Shown piece after piece: positions 22,292 to 31,161 of a DNA stretch of 64,000 nucleotides. Each line of letters begins with the position of its first letter. Position 1 is the first letter of the stretch. The stretch spans positions 42,051-106,050 of the forward strand of contig CAVKZO010000001.1 of the NCBI GenBank assembly GCA_963661135.1, written 5' to 3'. The notes beneath the pieces were generated by a model. It searched no databases. It was not told the DNA's origin and was given only the letters and a program-made list of their open reading frames with translations. This DNA comes from Lachnospiraceae bacterium (lineage in GTDB: Bacteria; Bacillota_I; Bacilli_A; RFN20; CAG-826). A program made the position numbers and the translations under genes.

Positions 22292-22305
22292 TGTAAGCGC
22301 TTACA
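22292..22305. promoter_or_regulatory. Perfect palindromic catabolite-responsive element (cre)-like operator TGTAAGCGCTTACA
   Basis: Exact match to the CcpA cre consensus WTGNAANCGNWNNCW and fully 14-bp palindromic. Located 1 nt upstream of the EF-G-like gene's SD and about 75 bp upstream of the -35 of the divergent pfkB-like gene. Confidence 0.55.
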
Positions 22306-22380
22306 TTATAATTAAATGATACATTATAAATCCTCCCATGTATAGAATTTTTTCAAAAAAATTTTTTAAAATAAAATTGT

Positions 22381-22408
22381 TTGAAATATCGATTTTCTTG
22401 CTTATAAT
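22381..22408 (+). promoter_or_regulatory. Putative sigma-A promoter (extended -10) for the pfkB-family kinase gene
   Basis: TTGAAA-16 nt-TGcTATAAT, about 20 nt upstream of RBS AAAGGAGAA. Confidence 0.35.
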
Positions 22409-22428
22409 AAAAATAAAAGGAGAACAAA

Positions 22429-23370
22429 ATGAAAAACAAAATAATTTATGTTTCTGGTCTTTTAAATTTTGAGACCATTCTAAATGTCGATTCATTTCCC
22501 GTTAATTACTTCCCAATTGAATATCCATTTTATGGAATCAACACAGGTGTAGGAGGAACAGCTTACAACATTTCTAAAGCACTTACAAAATTAGGTGACA
22601 AAGTAATTCTTTCTAGTCATGTTGGTGATGACTTAATTGGTAAAACAATTGTCAGTGAACTTAAAAAAGCTAAAATTAGTGACACAAGTATCTATCATTC
22701 ATTAGACCAAACACCAACAACAGTCGTATTAACAGATAGAAGCAACAACACCCAAATGTATTGTGATTTAAAATCTGTTCAAGATGTAGAATCTAATTTT
22801 GATAAAGAAAAAGAAAAGATGGAGATGAGCGATTTAATTGTATTATGCAATTCAAACTTCAATCGTCCATTATTAAAAGAAGCTAAAAAACTAAATAAAA
22901 AAATCGCTACTGATGTTCATATTATCGGATCTATAGATGATGTCTATAATTCAGAATTTATGGAATCGAGCGATATTTTATTTTTAAGTTCTAAAGGAAT
23001 TTACGAATTAAATTACGAAAATTTCTTAATTGATATTTATAATAAATATCATAATGAAATCATAGTTTTAGGTGAAGGAAGAGACGGAGCAATGATCCTT
23101 GATTCTAAAAAGAGGATTATCTACCATATCGATGCTGTTACCATTAGAGATATCGTAAATACAGTTGGAAGTAGAGACGCTTTATTTAGCGCTTTCTTAC
23201 ACTTCTATAGTAAAGGTTACGACTCATTAGAAGCTTTAGAATTAGCTGAAGTATTTACAAGTTATAAATTAGGTGAATCTGGCGGAAGTAACGGTTTCTT
23301 AAACGAAAAAGAAATAATAAGAATTAAAAAGAACATAGATTTTGATGTTTATAAAATAAGAGAATTTTAA
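22429..23370 (+). CDS. PfkB/ribokinase-family carbohydrate (or nucleoside) kinase, divergent
   Basis: N-terminal GG motif (GVGGTAYNISKAL). C-terminal NTVGSRDALFSAFL resembles PfkB signature 2 (DTxGAGDxF) with substitutions. Confidence 0.6.
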   Translation: MKNKIIYVSGLLNFETILNVDSFPVNYFPIEYPFYGINTGVGGTAYNISKALTKLGDKVILSSHVGDDLIGKTIVSELKKAKISDTSIYHSLDQTPTTVVLTDRSNNTQMYCDLKSVQDVESNFDKEKEKMEMSDLIVLCNSNFNRPLLKEAKKLNKKIATDVHIIGSIDDVYNSEFMESSDILFLSSKGIYELNYENFLIDIYNKYHNEIIVLGEGRDGAMILDSKKRIIYHIDAVTIRDIVNTVGSRDALFSAFLHFYSKGYDSLEALELAEVFTSYKLGESGGSNGFLNEKEIIRIKKNIDFDVYKIREF

Positions 23371-23375
23371 CAATA

Positions 23376-23420
23376 AAAAAAGAGTGAATATTATATGAAA
23401 TGTTCACTCTTTTTATTTTT
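23376..23420. terminator. Bidirectional rho-independent terminator between convergent genes
   Basis: AAAGAGTGAA-(14 nt)-TTCACTCTTT stem followed by TTTTATTTTTTT. Confidence 0.55.
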
Positions 23421-24578
23421 TTAAATATTTTCTAAGCCACAAACAGAAAGTGCTAAATTAAATAAATCTTTCTCATCATCTTTATTTAATGAAGATGATT
23501 TTTTATATACTTTCTTATATTTTTCAATTGTAGCTTTTACTTCGCTTTTACTACATTCAATCTTATTTTCAATAAATAAATACATTTTTAAACTTTGTAA
23601 TGTATTTCCTTTATAAATAAATGTTTTTGTATAATCGTCTAAGGTTTTTAACTTTTCTTTAAATGTTTCTTTATCAAATGTATTACTCTCTAAAGCGTTT
23701 AAAAACTCAATGTAAAACTTCTGAACTGTATAAACAGCATAACTATATTTCGATATTAATTTCTTGTCTTTTAAAATTTCATCAAGTAATTCATTAGCTT
23801 TTTGATAATCTTTTTCTTTGATAAACTTATAAACGCTTAGCATATTTAATTGCGCAGTATAATCAGTAATCTCATGAATTACAGCATATTCAAAATTACT
23901 ATTATCTTCTAATAATTCACGATTAGTAATTTTTAAATATTCGTTATAAGCTTGAATATTAATCTTCTTACTAAATAAAACTAATCTATAACCATCAGTA
24001 GTTGAATCGATATGTGCTGGGAAATAATTATATAAAGCAAACATTAATCCGATTGTAGCAATAATGATAACTGCAAATTTAACCATCTTAAGTAAATCTG
24101 TTGTTTTACTACTTGTAGAACTTATAAAGTACATAACCATATACATAGCTGCACCTTCCAAAGCAAAAATTACTAAAGGAATTAATACAGAAATCATAGG
24201 ATTTGCCTTCTCTTTTTTAGGAAGAACAATCGTTTCACCAGTTAATCCATCAGGTGTTTTAGGGAATTTAAATTTCCATTTAAATTTACCATCAATTTTA
24301 GTTTTATAAAAGTAGAATCCAAAAAGATTAAATGAAACTATACTGTATCCACCAATTATACTTCCAACGACATGACCTAACTCAACAAATAAACCATTCA
24401 AAATAATCCCTAGAATAAGACTTATCAATACAAATAAAATTAATAAACCTCTATTAGATGAAAATGCAGAAATGCTTCCTAATCCATCAGCTGGATATAA
24501 TACGCAAAAACCAACGACAAATGCGATTGCTAACATTCCGACATATACAAATAAACTTAATATATCTTCTTTACTCAT
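23421..24578 (-). CDS. Membrane protein with N-terminal multi-TM domain and C-terminal soluble helical domain, unknown function
   Basis: 385 aa. RBS GGAGGAGG. TM region contains VELGHVVG, resembling a degenerate M50/S2P HExxH site with the first His as Val. Confidence 0.5.
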   Translation of the reverse strand: MSKEDILSLFVYVGMLAIAFVVGFCVLYPADGLGSISAFSSNRGLLILFVLISLILGIILNGLFVELGHVVGSIIGGYSIVSFNLFGFYFYKTKIDGKFKWKFKFPKTPDGLTGETIVLPKKEKANPMISVLIPLVIFALEGAAMYMVMYFISSTSSKTTDLLKMVKFAVIIIATIGLMFALYNYFPAHIDSTTDGYRLVLFSKKINIQAYNEYLKITNRELLEDNSNFEYAVIHEITDYTAQLNMLSVYKFIKEKDYQKANELLDEILKDKKLISKYSYAVYTVQKFYIEFLNALESNTFDKETFKEKLKTLDDYTKTFIYKGNTLQSLKMYLFIENKIECSKSEVKATIEKYKKVYKKSSSLNKDDEKDLFNLALSVCGLENI

Positions 24579-24647
24579 TTATAAATTCCTCCTCCTAAAT
24601 CAGCAAAAGTGTAAATAGGATTTAAAATATAGATAATATTCTATCAT

Positions 24648-25190
24648 TTATTTATTATATTTAAAACTTACAATATAGTTTTTTGTAATTTTTAAAATAA
24701 TATCTTCATTCATAAATAATAATATATTCTTTAATATTATTTCTTCACTAGAATCTTCTAAAGAAAATAAATATAACATATATTCACTCAATGATTTTCC
24801 TAAAAATCTAGCTTCATTCTTTTTTTGTTCAACAGTTAATTTATATTTCGATAAATATTTTTGTAAAGATTTAAACATATATGAAAACAAGAATTCAGAT
24901 AAGATATCACTAGCGTTAGAAGATAAGACTTCCTTATTAAAATCCTCTTTTTTATAAAGAAAATCTAAAGCATTTTTTAATATAACTTCAAAAGCATCAG
25001 CTTTTTCACTTATTTTTTCTACATAATAAATAGAGTAAACAACATCATAAATGTTTTTATAATGATAATAAAAAGTTTGTCTTCTAATCTTTAAACTATC
25101 ACAAATAGAATTGATGTCGATGTCATCAATATGCCTATTTTCTAATAGTTTTAAAAACTTATCTTGAATCTGCTTTTCAGTTTTTTTCAT
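24648..25190 (-). CDS. TetR-like transcriptional regulator (divergent)
   Basis: N-terminal HTH-like segment IDDIDINSICDSLKIRRQTFYYHYKNIYDV similar to the TetR/AcrR HTH (…FY.HF.sKe.L). Overlaps the 3' end of the P-type ATPase gene. Confidence 0.45.
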   Translation of the reverse strand: MKKTEKQIQDKFLKLLENRHIDDIDINSICDSLKIRRQTFYYHYKNIYDVVYSIYYVEKISEKADAFEVILKNALDFLYKKEDFNKEVLSSNASDILSEFLFSYMFKSLQKYLSKYKLTVEQKKNEARFLGKSLSEYMLYLFSLEDSSEEIILKNILLFMNEDIILKITKNYIVSFKYNK

Positions 25191-27618
25191 TGTTACCCTT
25201 CCTAATTTTTATAAGTTTCTTTATAAAAATTTCTATAACCAATAATAACGCTCCTACCCCTATCATGCACAATAAAATTCTTAATTCGTAGTTTGTTAAT
25301 AATCTAGGAACACTACCATCTAACTTTAACAAATTTAATGCGTCATTACAAAATATAGATATAACAAATAATAATATTGTTAAAAGAACACTTCCACTAA
25401 AAACTATCGATCTATAAACATTTAACTTATAACACACTTTAAATAATATGACTAACGAGATTATTGAAATAAAATATGTTGATAATGTTTTTAAAGACTC
25501 AAATGATGCATTAGAACTCAAATAGATATAAAAAATCATTACAACAAGACCAATTATGATTCCATCAGGTACTGCTACTTTTAAAATATTGTTCATAAAC
25601 TTTCCTTTAAATCTTTCGTTGGATGGTTCTAAAGCTAAGAAGAAACTAGATAACCCAATTGACGCGATCTCCCAAGCATAAAAATTATTTGGTTCAAAAG
25701 GCCACAATGTAGCAGTGTCGCTTCTTGCGCTTGTAACTAAAGCAAATAAAATAAAAAACACATTTAAAAATATACTAAATGTCGTCTTAACCAAAAATAA
25801 AGAACAAGTTCTAGCTAAGTTATTTATAACTCTTCTTCCTTGGGCTATCACTTCAGGAAAGTGAGAAAAATCATCATCCATTAAAACTATGTTTGCTGTA
25901 TTTTGCGCTGATTTACTAGCTGATTTTAAACTTACTGATACATTAGCTTGCTTTAAACTTAAAACATCATTAATTCCGTCACCAATCATACCAACTTTAT
26001 GCCCATTTTCTTTTAATGTTCTAACTATGATTTCTTTTTGTTCAGAAGATACCCTTCCAAAAACAGAATATTTTAAAGTTGCTTCTTTAACTTCTTCTTC
26101 ACTCAACCCTTCTAAAGATATACATTTATCAAAATTATCTACACCAACTTGGCTACTAATTTCACTAACTGTAAAAACATTATCCCCACTAATAATTTTT
26201 ATATCAACATCATTATCTTTAAACCATTTAATAATATCTTTAGCATTATCTCTTATTTTATCTTGAATTATAATTAACCCTATTAAATCACAACTAAAAT
26301 CAGTATTTTCTTCAATATATTCACCAGTTTTACCTACTACTAAAACCCTTAATCCTTTTTTAGAATAATCATCTATTTTCTTTTTTAATTTTTCATTATC
26401 TTCATTGAGTTTAACAAATTTATAAGCTCCAACTACAAAACCACCGAAATCTTTTAAATTAACAACACTATATTTATTTTTGCTATTAAATGGTATTTTA
26501 CTAACTAAACCATAAACATTATCTGCACCAAACTTATCTTTTAAAGCTAAAGAAGTAAAATTATCATCATTTAAATAATGATTAGAAGAACTAATTAAGT
26601 TTATAAATGTTTCTTCACCAATGTCTTTATTAAAAATAATAAATTCTTTTACATTCATTGAACCATCTGTAATTGTACCTGTTTTATCTAAACAAAAAAC
26701 ATCCATTCTAGCAATAGTTTCAATAGAATACATATCTTGAACTATAACGTTATTTTTTGCTAGATTAATAATTCCTACAGCTAAACTAGTTGAGGCTAAT
26801 AAATACATTCCACTAGGTATCATAGATATTAATGCACCAGATAAAGGAGCAACAATATCGTTTCCAATTACTAATTTGAATTGATCAAAAGATGAAAAAC
26901 TATATGAAATACCACCTAAAAACAAAAATTCTAAAATATCAGCAATACCTAATACACAGATAATAATAACTAAAATTTTAAATAATCTATTTAAACTAAC
27001 ATACATATCAGATGTTGAAGCTTTAAAGCTTTTACTCTTTTTTTGTAATTTTTCTATGTAATTATCTTCTCCGACATTGATGACTTTAACAAAAACATTT
27101 CCGCTTGTTATATAAGTTCCACTAAATAACTTTGAATCAATATTCTTTTTTAAATAATCTGATTCTCCAGTTAATAAAGATTCATCAACATGACATTCTC
27201 CATATATAACCACAGAATCACAAGGAATTTGTTCTCCATTTATCAAATGTAAAATATCATCCAATACAATATCTTCAGGATTTATTTCAAATTCTTTATT
27301 ATCCCTAATTACTTTAACTTTACTTTTATTAATTAGATTTAATTTATCAACAAGTCTTTTACTTCTTATATCTTGCGTTAAACCTATTATTAAATTTAAA
27401 ATTAATATTAAAAGAAAGAAGCAACTGCTCCATTTTCCAAAAAATATCAATATAGCACCGATTATAAAAAGTAAAATATTAAAGAATGTAAAAACATTTT
27501 TGATGATGATTTTACCATATGTTCTATCAATATTTTTCCTAACTTTATTTACTTTTCCTTCATTTATATATTGATTTACTTGCTCTTTTGATAATCCTGC
27601 TATTTTATCATCCATCAT
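25177..27618 (-). CDS. P-type cation-transporting ATPase (P2-like) with atypical TM4 motif
   Basis: TGES, DKTGTIT and GDGINDVLSLKQA motifs. TM4 reads IPSGM where P2 pumps have PEGL. 813 aa. Confidence 0.85.
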   Translation of the reverse strand: MMDDKIAGLSKEQVNQYINEGKVNKVRKNIDRTYGKIIIKNVFTFFNILLFIIGAILIFFGKWSSCFFLLILILNLIIGLTQDIRSKRLVDKLNLINKSKVKVIRDNKEFEINPEDIVLDDILHLINGEQIPCDSVVIYGECHVDESLLTGESDYLKKNIDSKLFSGTYITSGNVFVKVINVGEDNYIEKLQKKSKSFKASTSDMYVSLNRLFKILVIIICVLGIADILEFLFLGGISYSFSSFDQFKLVIGNDIVAPLSGALISMIPSGMYLLASTSLAVGIINLAKNNVIVQDMYSIETIARMDVFCLDKTGTITDGSMNVKEFIIFNKDIGEETFINLISSSNHYLNDDNFTSLALKDKFGADNVYGLVSKIPFNSKNKYSVVNLKDFGGFVVGAYKFVKLNEDNEKLKKKIDDYSKKGLRVLVVGKTGEYIEENTDFSCDLIGLIIIQDKIRDNAKDIIKWFKDNDVDIKIISGDNVFTVSEISSQVGVDNFDKCISLEGLSEEEVKEATLKYSVFGRVSSEQKEIIVRTLKENGHKVGMIGDGINDVLSLKQANVSVSLKSASKSAQNTANIVLMDDDFSHFPEVIAQGRRVINNLARTCSLFLVKTTFSIFLNVFFILFALVTSARSDTATLWPFEPNNFYAWEIASIGLSSFFLALEPSNERFKGKFMNNILKVAVPDGIIIGLVVMIFYIYLSSNASFESLKTLSTYFISIISLVILFKVCYKLNVYRSIVFSGSVLLTILLFVISIFCNDALNLLKLDGSVPRLLTNYELRILLCMIGVGALLLVIEIFIKKLIKIRKGNNEKN

Positions 27619-30450
27619 CTACTCACTCCTTAAAGCGATGACAGGATCTTTTTTAGCAGCAACTCTAGCAGGGAATAATCCACTAACTAAAGTTAATAAA
27701 ATAGAAATAGCTACAAGAACCAAGCAATGGTATATACTTAAATGTGCCATTTGACCTAAATTATAATCAGGATATATATTATTCAATATTAAATTAATTG
27801 GGAAACATATCAAATAACTTGCTAAACACCCGATAACCCCACTAAATAAACCAACTATAAATGATTCAGCTTCAAAAAGCACCCCTACATCTTTTTTCCT
27901 TGCGCCTATCGCTCTTAAAACACCTATTTCCTTAGTTCTTTCAATGACGGAATTGTACGTTATAATTCCAGTCATAACACAACTAACAACCAAAGATATA
28001 GAAGCAAATACAATCAAAACTATTGAAATAACATTAATCATTTCTCCTAATGATGCAGTTAAATCTCCAACATAATCGGTATAAAAAATTTGTTCACCGG
28101 TATTGCTGGCATGATTACTACTATCAGGTACTATTTCATTATATTCATCAAGTTTAGCTAACAATTCGTTTTTAGTAGTTAAATCTTTAGGGAAGATTAC
28201 AACACTTTCAATTTGACTATAACTATTTATATAAGCTGCTAAACCTATCAATTTCTTAATAAATTCTTCATCATTTTCTTCTGTAGCTTTTTTAATATAA
28301 GTTAAAATTAATTTTTCACTTAATGGAGATGCTTTTAATTCTGAAGGCACTAAATCTAAACCTTCATACATTGCGTAATTTAAATATGTCTTCGTATCTA
28401 TATAAGTGTTTTTCTTATATGGATTAAAAATATAAAAATTATCATTAATCGTCGTATTAAAACTATTTAAAACTGAAGTTGAAATAGAAGATTCACCTAA
28501 ATCTTGAAATACTTTAATTAAATCACTAAGAATACTAATCTTAGTTTTTCCTTCTTTCATACTAATTAAATCATAGTAATTATTGCTTAAATCAGCTTCA
28601 GCATTTTTTTCAACTAAATAATCTTGTAAGCTTGATAAATAACATAATCCATTTGCCATAGTTGAGATTGTAGAATTTTTACTAGGTCTTAATATACCAG
28701 TTATTTTTAACTCTATTCCTTTTGATGAATCATTATATAAATCAGTTACAGAATTACTTTTAAAATAAATCATATCTCCGACATTTTCATTACTTGAAGT
28801 ATATTTTTCCATTGTATAAAAATCACTAGATGCATAAACTTTATACTTTTTACCAATAATATCATCCATACTTATCGGCTTAACTTTCTTTGATGATTCA
28901 CTATCTTGAACTTGATCTTGGGTATCTACGCTATTATAAAATCCTAAATTCTTTAAATTAGAAAAATTAATACTATTTGTATTATTTATTACTAAACATA
29001 CTTCATTTTTTTCTTTTGGATATGTACCATTAATAACCTCGTATGAATTTAAAATATATTCTTCTCTACCATAAAGTTGATGAAATACAGTAGATGGCAA
29101 TCCAGTTATACTTCCTAACATCGAATTAATTGTTCCGGTAGATTGAGCCGTTGAAACTTGCCCAATATAACCTTCAGCAGATTCATCGATACTTTTTGGA
29201 TATTCCGTAGTTAAATGATATTTATAATTTGATGGATAATTAATCAAATAGTCGTTAAGTAACTTATCTTCATTCCTTAACTTGTTTAAATAATTAAAGT
29301 ATTTATTATTGAAGTTGTTGTAGCTTATAGTCATATTCTTCTCATTATTCATATTGATATATGGATAAATTTCATTATCACTAGGATATTTAGTACTTTG
29401 ATTATACTGATTAGGATCAACGGATTGATATTTTACTGTATAACTAGAAACAGTTATAGGTAATGTTGAAGAAGTTTCACTTTGAACTCTAGTAATATAT
29501 TCATTAAATCCGTTCGATAAAGCCAAAACTAAAGCAACACCAATAATACCAAAAGATGCAGCTACACTAGTTAATATCGTTCTGCCTTTTTTTGTTCTAA
29601 TATTTTTAAAAGAGATGTTAAATGCAGTAAAAAACGACATTGATGTCTTTTCTTTTTTCTTTTTATTTTTAATCTCTTTTTTCTTCTCTTTATCTTTTTC
29701 GTCAATTATTAAAAGTTTACCAATGTTATTTTCTTCTTTAAATTTTTCCTCTTCTTTTAGTTTTTCATCCAATTCACCATGTTTTGTATCATCTACGATT
29801 TCCCCATCTTTAAATGTAATAATACGATCACTATATTTTTTTGCTAGCTTATCATTATGTGTAACCATAATAACAAGTTTTCTAGAGCTAATTTCTTTTA
29901 AAATGTCCATGATTTGAACACTTGTTTTACTATCTAAAGCACCCGTTGGTTCATCAGCCAAAATAATTTCAGGATCATTTACTAAACTTCTGGCGATAGC
30001 TACTCTTTGCATTTGACCACCGCTCAATTGATTAGGTTTTTTATTATATAATCCTTTTAATCCGACAGCATCAAGAGCTTCTTTAGCTCTTTTTGTTCTC
30101 TCTTTTTTATCCATTCCGCCTAAAGTTAAACTTAAAACAACATTATCTAAAATGCTTAAATGTGAAATTAAATTATAGCTTTGAAAAACAAATCCAATAC
30201 GTCTATTTCTATAATTATCCCAATCTGCATCTTTAAAAGTTTTTGTAGATTTTCCATCGATAATTAAATCACCACTTGTATATCTATCAAGTCCTCCAAT
30301 AATATTTAAAGTCGTAGTTTTTCCACAACCAGAAGGCCCTAAAATTGAACAAAATTCATGTTTAGGAAAATAAACAGAAATATTTTTTAACGCTCTAAAA
30401 GGTTTTTTATCAACGTAGTAATCTTTACAAATATTCTTTAATTCAAGCAT
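27619..30450 (-). CDS. Fused ABC transporter: ATP-binding domain + MacB/FtsX-like permease with large extracytoplasmic domain
   Basis: Walker A GPSGCGKTT, signature LSGGQMQR, Walker B ILADEPT. K/E-rich linker, about 450-aa extracellular region, C-terminal FtsX-type TM bundle. Stop abuts the P-type ATPase start. Confidence 0.85.
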   Translation of the reverse strand: MLELKNICKDYYVDKKPFRALKNISVYFPKHEFCSILGPSGCGKTTTLNIIGGLDRYTSGDLIIDGKSTKTFKDADWDNYRNRRIGFVFQSYNLISHLSILDNVVLSLTLGGMDKKERTKRAKEALDAVGLKGLYNKKPNQLSGGQMQRVAIARSLVNDPEIILADEPTGALDSKTSVQIMDILKEISSRKLVIMVTHNDKLAKKYSDRIITFKDGEIVDDTKHGELDEKLKEEEKFKEENNIGKLLIIDEKDKEKKKEIKNKKKKEKTSMSFFTAFNISFKNIRTKKGRTILTSVAASFGIIGVALVLALSNGFNEYITRVQSETSSTLPITVSSYTVKYQSVDPNQYNQSTKYPSDNEIYPYINMNNEKNMTISYNNFNNKYFNYLNKLRNEDKLLNDYLINYPSNYKYHLTTEYPKSIDESAEGYIGQVSTAQSTGTINSMLGSITGLPSTVFHQLYGREEYILNSYEVINGTYPKEKNEVCLVINNTNSINFSNLKNLGFYNSVDTQDQVQDSESSKKVKPISMDDIIGKKYKVYASSDFYTMEKYTSSNENVGDMIYFKSNSVTDLYNDSSKGIELKITGILRPSKNSTISTMANGLCYLSSLQDYLVEKNAEADLSNNYYDLISMKEGKTKISILSDLIKVFQDLGESSISTSVLNSFNTTINDNFYIFNPYKKNTYIDTKTYLNYAMYEGLDLVPSELKASPLSEKLILTYIKKATEENDEEFIKKLIGLAAYINSYSQIESVVIFPKDLTTKNELLAKLDEYNEIVPDSSNHASNTGEQIFYTDYVGDLTASLGEMINVISIVLIVFASISLVVSCVMTGIITYNSVIERTKEIGVLRAIGARKKDVGVLFEAESFIVGLFSGVIGCLASYLICFPINLILNNIYPDYNLGQMAHLSIYHCLVLVAISILLTLVSGLFPARVAAKKDPVIALRSE

Positions 30451-30515
30451 TGAAAAAACCTCCGTATTTATTAAAGTATAATTCTATATTATAGAATTAA
30501 CAAATTATTTTAGTA

Positions 30516-30968
30516 TTATTTTTTTCGTCTATCTTTAAAAAATTCTTTAATTATATTTTTACAATCTTCTTCTAAGACTCCGCCATCTATTTCAATTTTA
30601 GAATTAAGCAATTCAAAATTCTTTTCATGAGATAAACATGCTCCTGTATTAACTTCATACGCACCAAAAACAATTCTTTTAATTCGTGATTGAATTATAG
30701 CACTTGTGCACATTGCACAAGGTTCTAATGTAACATACATTGTTAAATTATTCAGTCTCCAATCATCTATTTTTTTAGAAGCTTTTTTAATACATAATAT
30801 TTCAGCATGACCTGTAACATCATTTAACTTTTCTTTTTTATTATATGCTTTAGCAACTATATTTAAATTTTCATCAACCAAAATAGCACCGATAGGAACT
30901 TCTTCGATTTTTAATGCTTTTCTCGCTTCTATTAATGCGAGTTTCATAAAATAGACATCATTTTTCAT
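30516..30968 (-). CDS. tadA: tRNA-specific adenosine deaminase
   Basis: HAEILCI…TLEPCAMCTSAI zinc-deaminase motifs. ATG at 30968 (MKNDVYFMKLALIEA) preferred because the track's GTG start at 30986 lies inside the SRP RNA. Confidence 0.85.
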   Translation of the reverse strand: MKNDVYFMKLALIEARKALKIEEVPIGAILVDENLNIVAKAYNKKEKLNDVTGHAEILCIKKASKKIDDWRLNNLTMYVTLEPCAMCTSAIIQSRIKRIVFGAYEVNTGACLSHEKNFELLNSKIEIDGGVLEEDCKNIIKEFFKDRRKK

Positions 30969-30974
30969 AAAATA

Positions 30975-31056
30975 AAACCATCGCACAATTATAGATTTTC
31001 TTAAGGCTGCTATGTTCCCATCCTGACCTGGTTCGAAAGTATAAATCGCGATGGCT
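30975..31056 (-). ncRNA. ffs: Small (4.5S-type) signal recognition particle RNA
   Basis: Minus-strand RNA GCCAUCGCGAUU…ACCAGGUCAGGAUGGGAACAUAGCAGCC…AAUUGUGCGAUGGUUUU contains the conserved domain IV motifs (CAGGUCAGG / GGAA tetraloop / AGCAGCC; compare E. coli …CCAGGUCAGGUCCGGAAGGAAGCAGCC…). Terminal 11-bp helix. Extended -10 TGTTATAAT 7 nt upstream. Confidence 0.75.
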
Positions 31057-31130
31057 AAATTATTATAACATAATAAATTAAACTAATGTATTAATTTTAA
31101 AAATAGTAAGGATTTACGTATATTTTTAAA

Positions 31131-31152
31131 AAAGACACGTTTTTTAAAACGT
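31131..31152 (-). terminator. Rho-independent terminator after serS
   Basis: GACACGTTTT-AA-AAAACGTGTC 10-bp stem followed by TTTTTT in minus sense. Confidence 0.6.
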
Positions 31153-31161
31153 GTCAATTCT

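Noticed and set aside
22301-22495. 64-aa minus-strand ORF spanning the divergent intergenic region
   Set aside because: Reads through promoter and operator sequence. Only its last 7 codons (MYHLIIM), with their own strong SD, look plausibly translated (reported as a uORF finding).
30451-30515. Palindrome TTAATTCTATAATATAGAATTA between tadA and the ABC transporter gene
   Set aside because: AT-only hairpin without a following U-tract and no recognisable operator consensus. Could be weak terminator-like structure; not enough evidence to call.
31057-31161. Possible T-box leader for serS
   Set aside because: serS is translationally coupled to the upstream gene (ATGA overlap), leaving no leader. 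The 105-nt region downstream of serS contains only its terminator and the ffs promoter.
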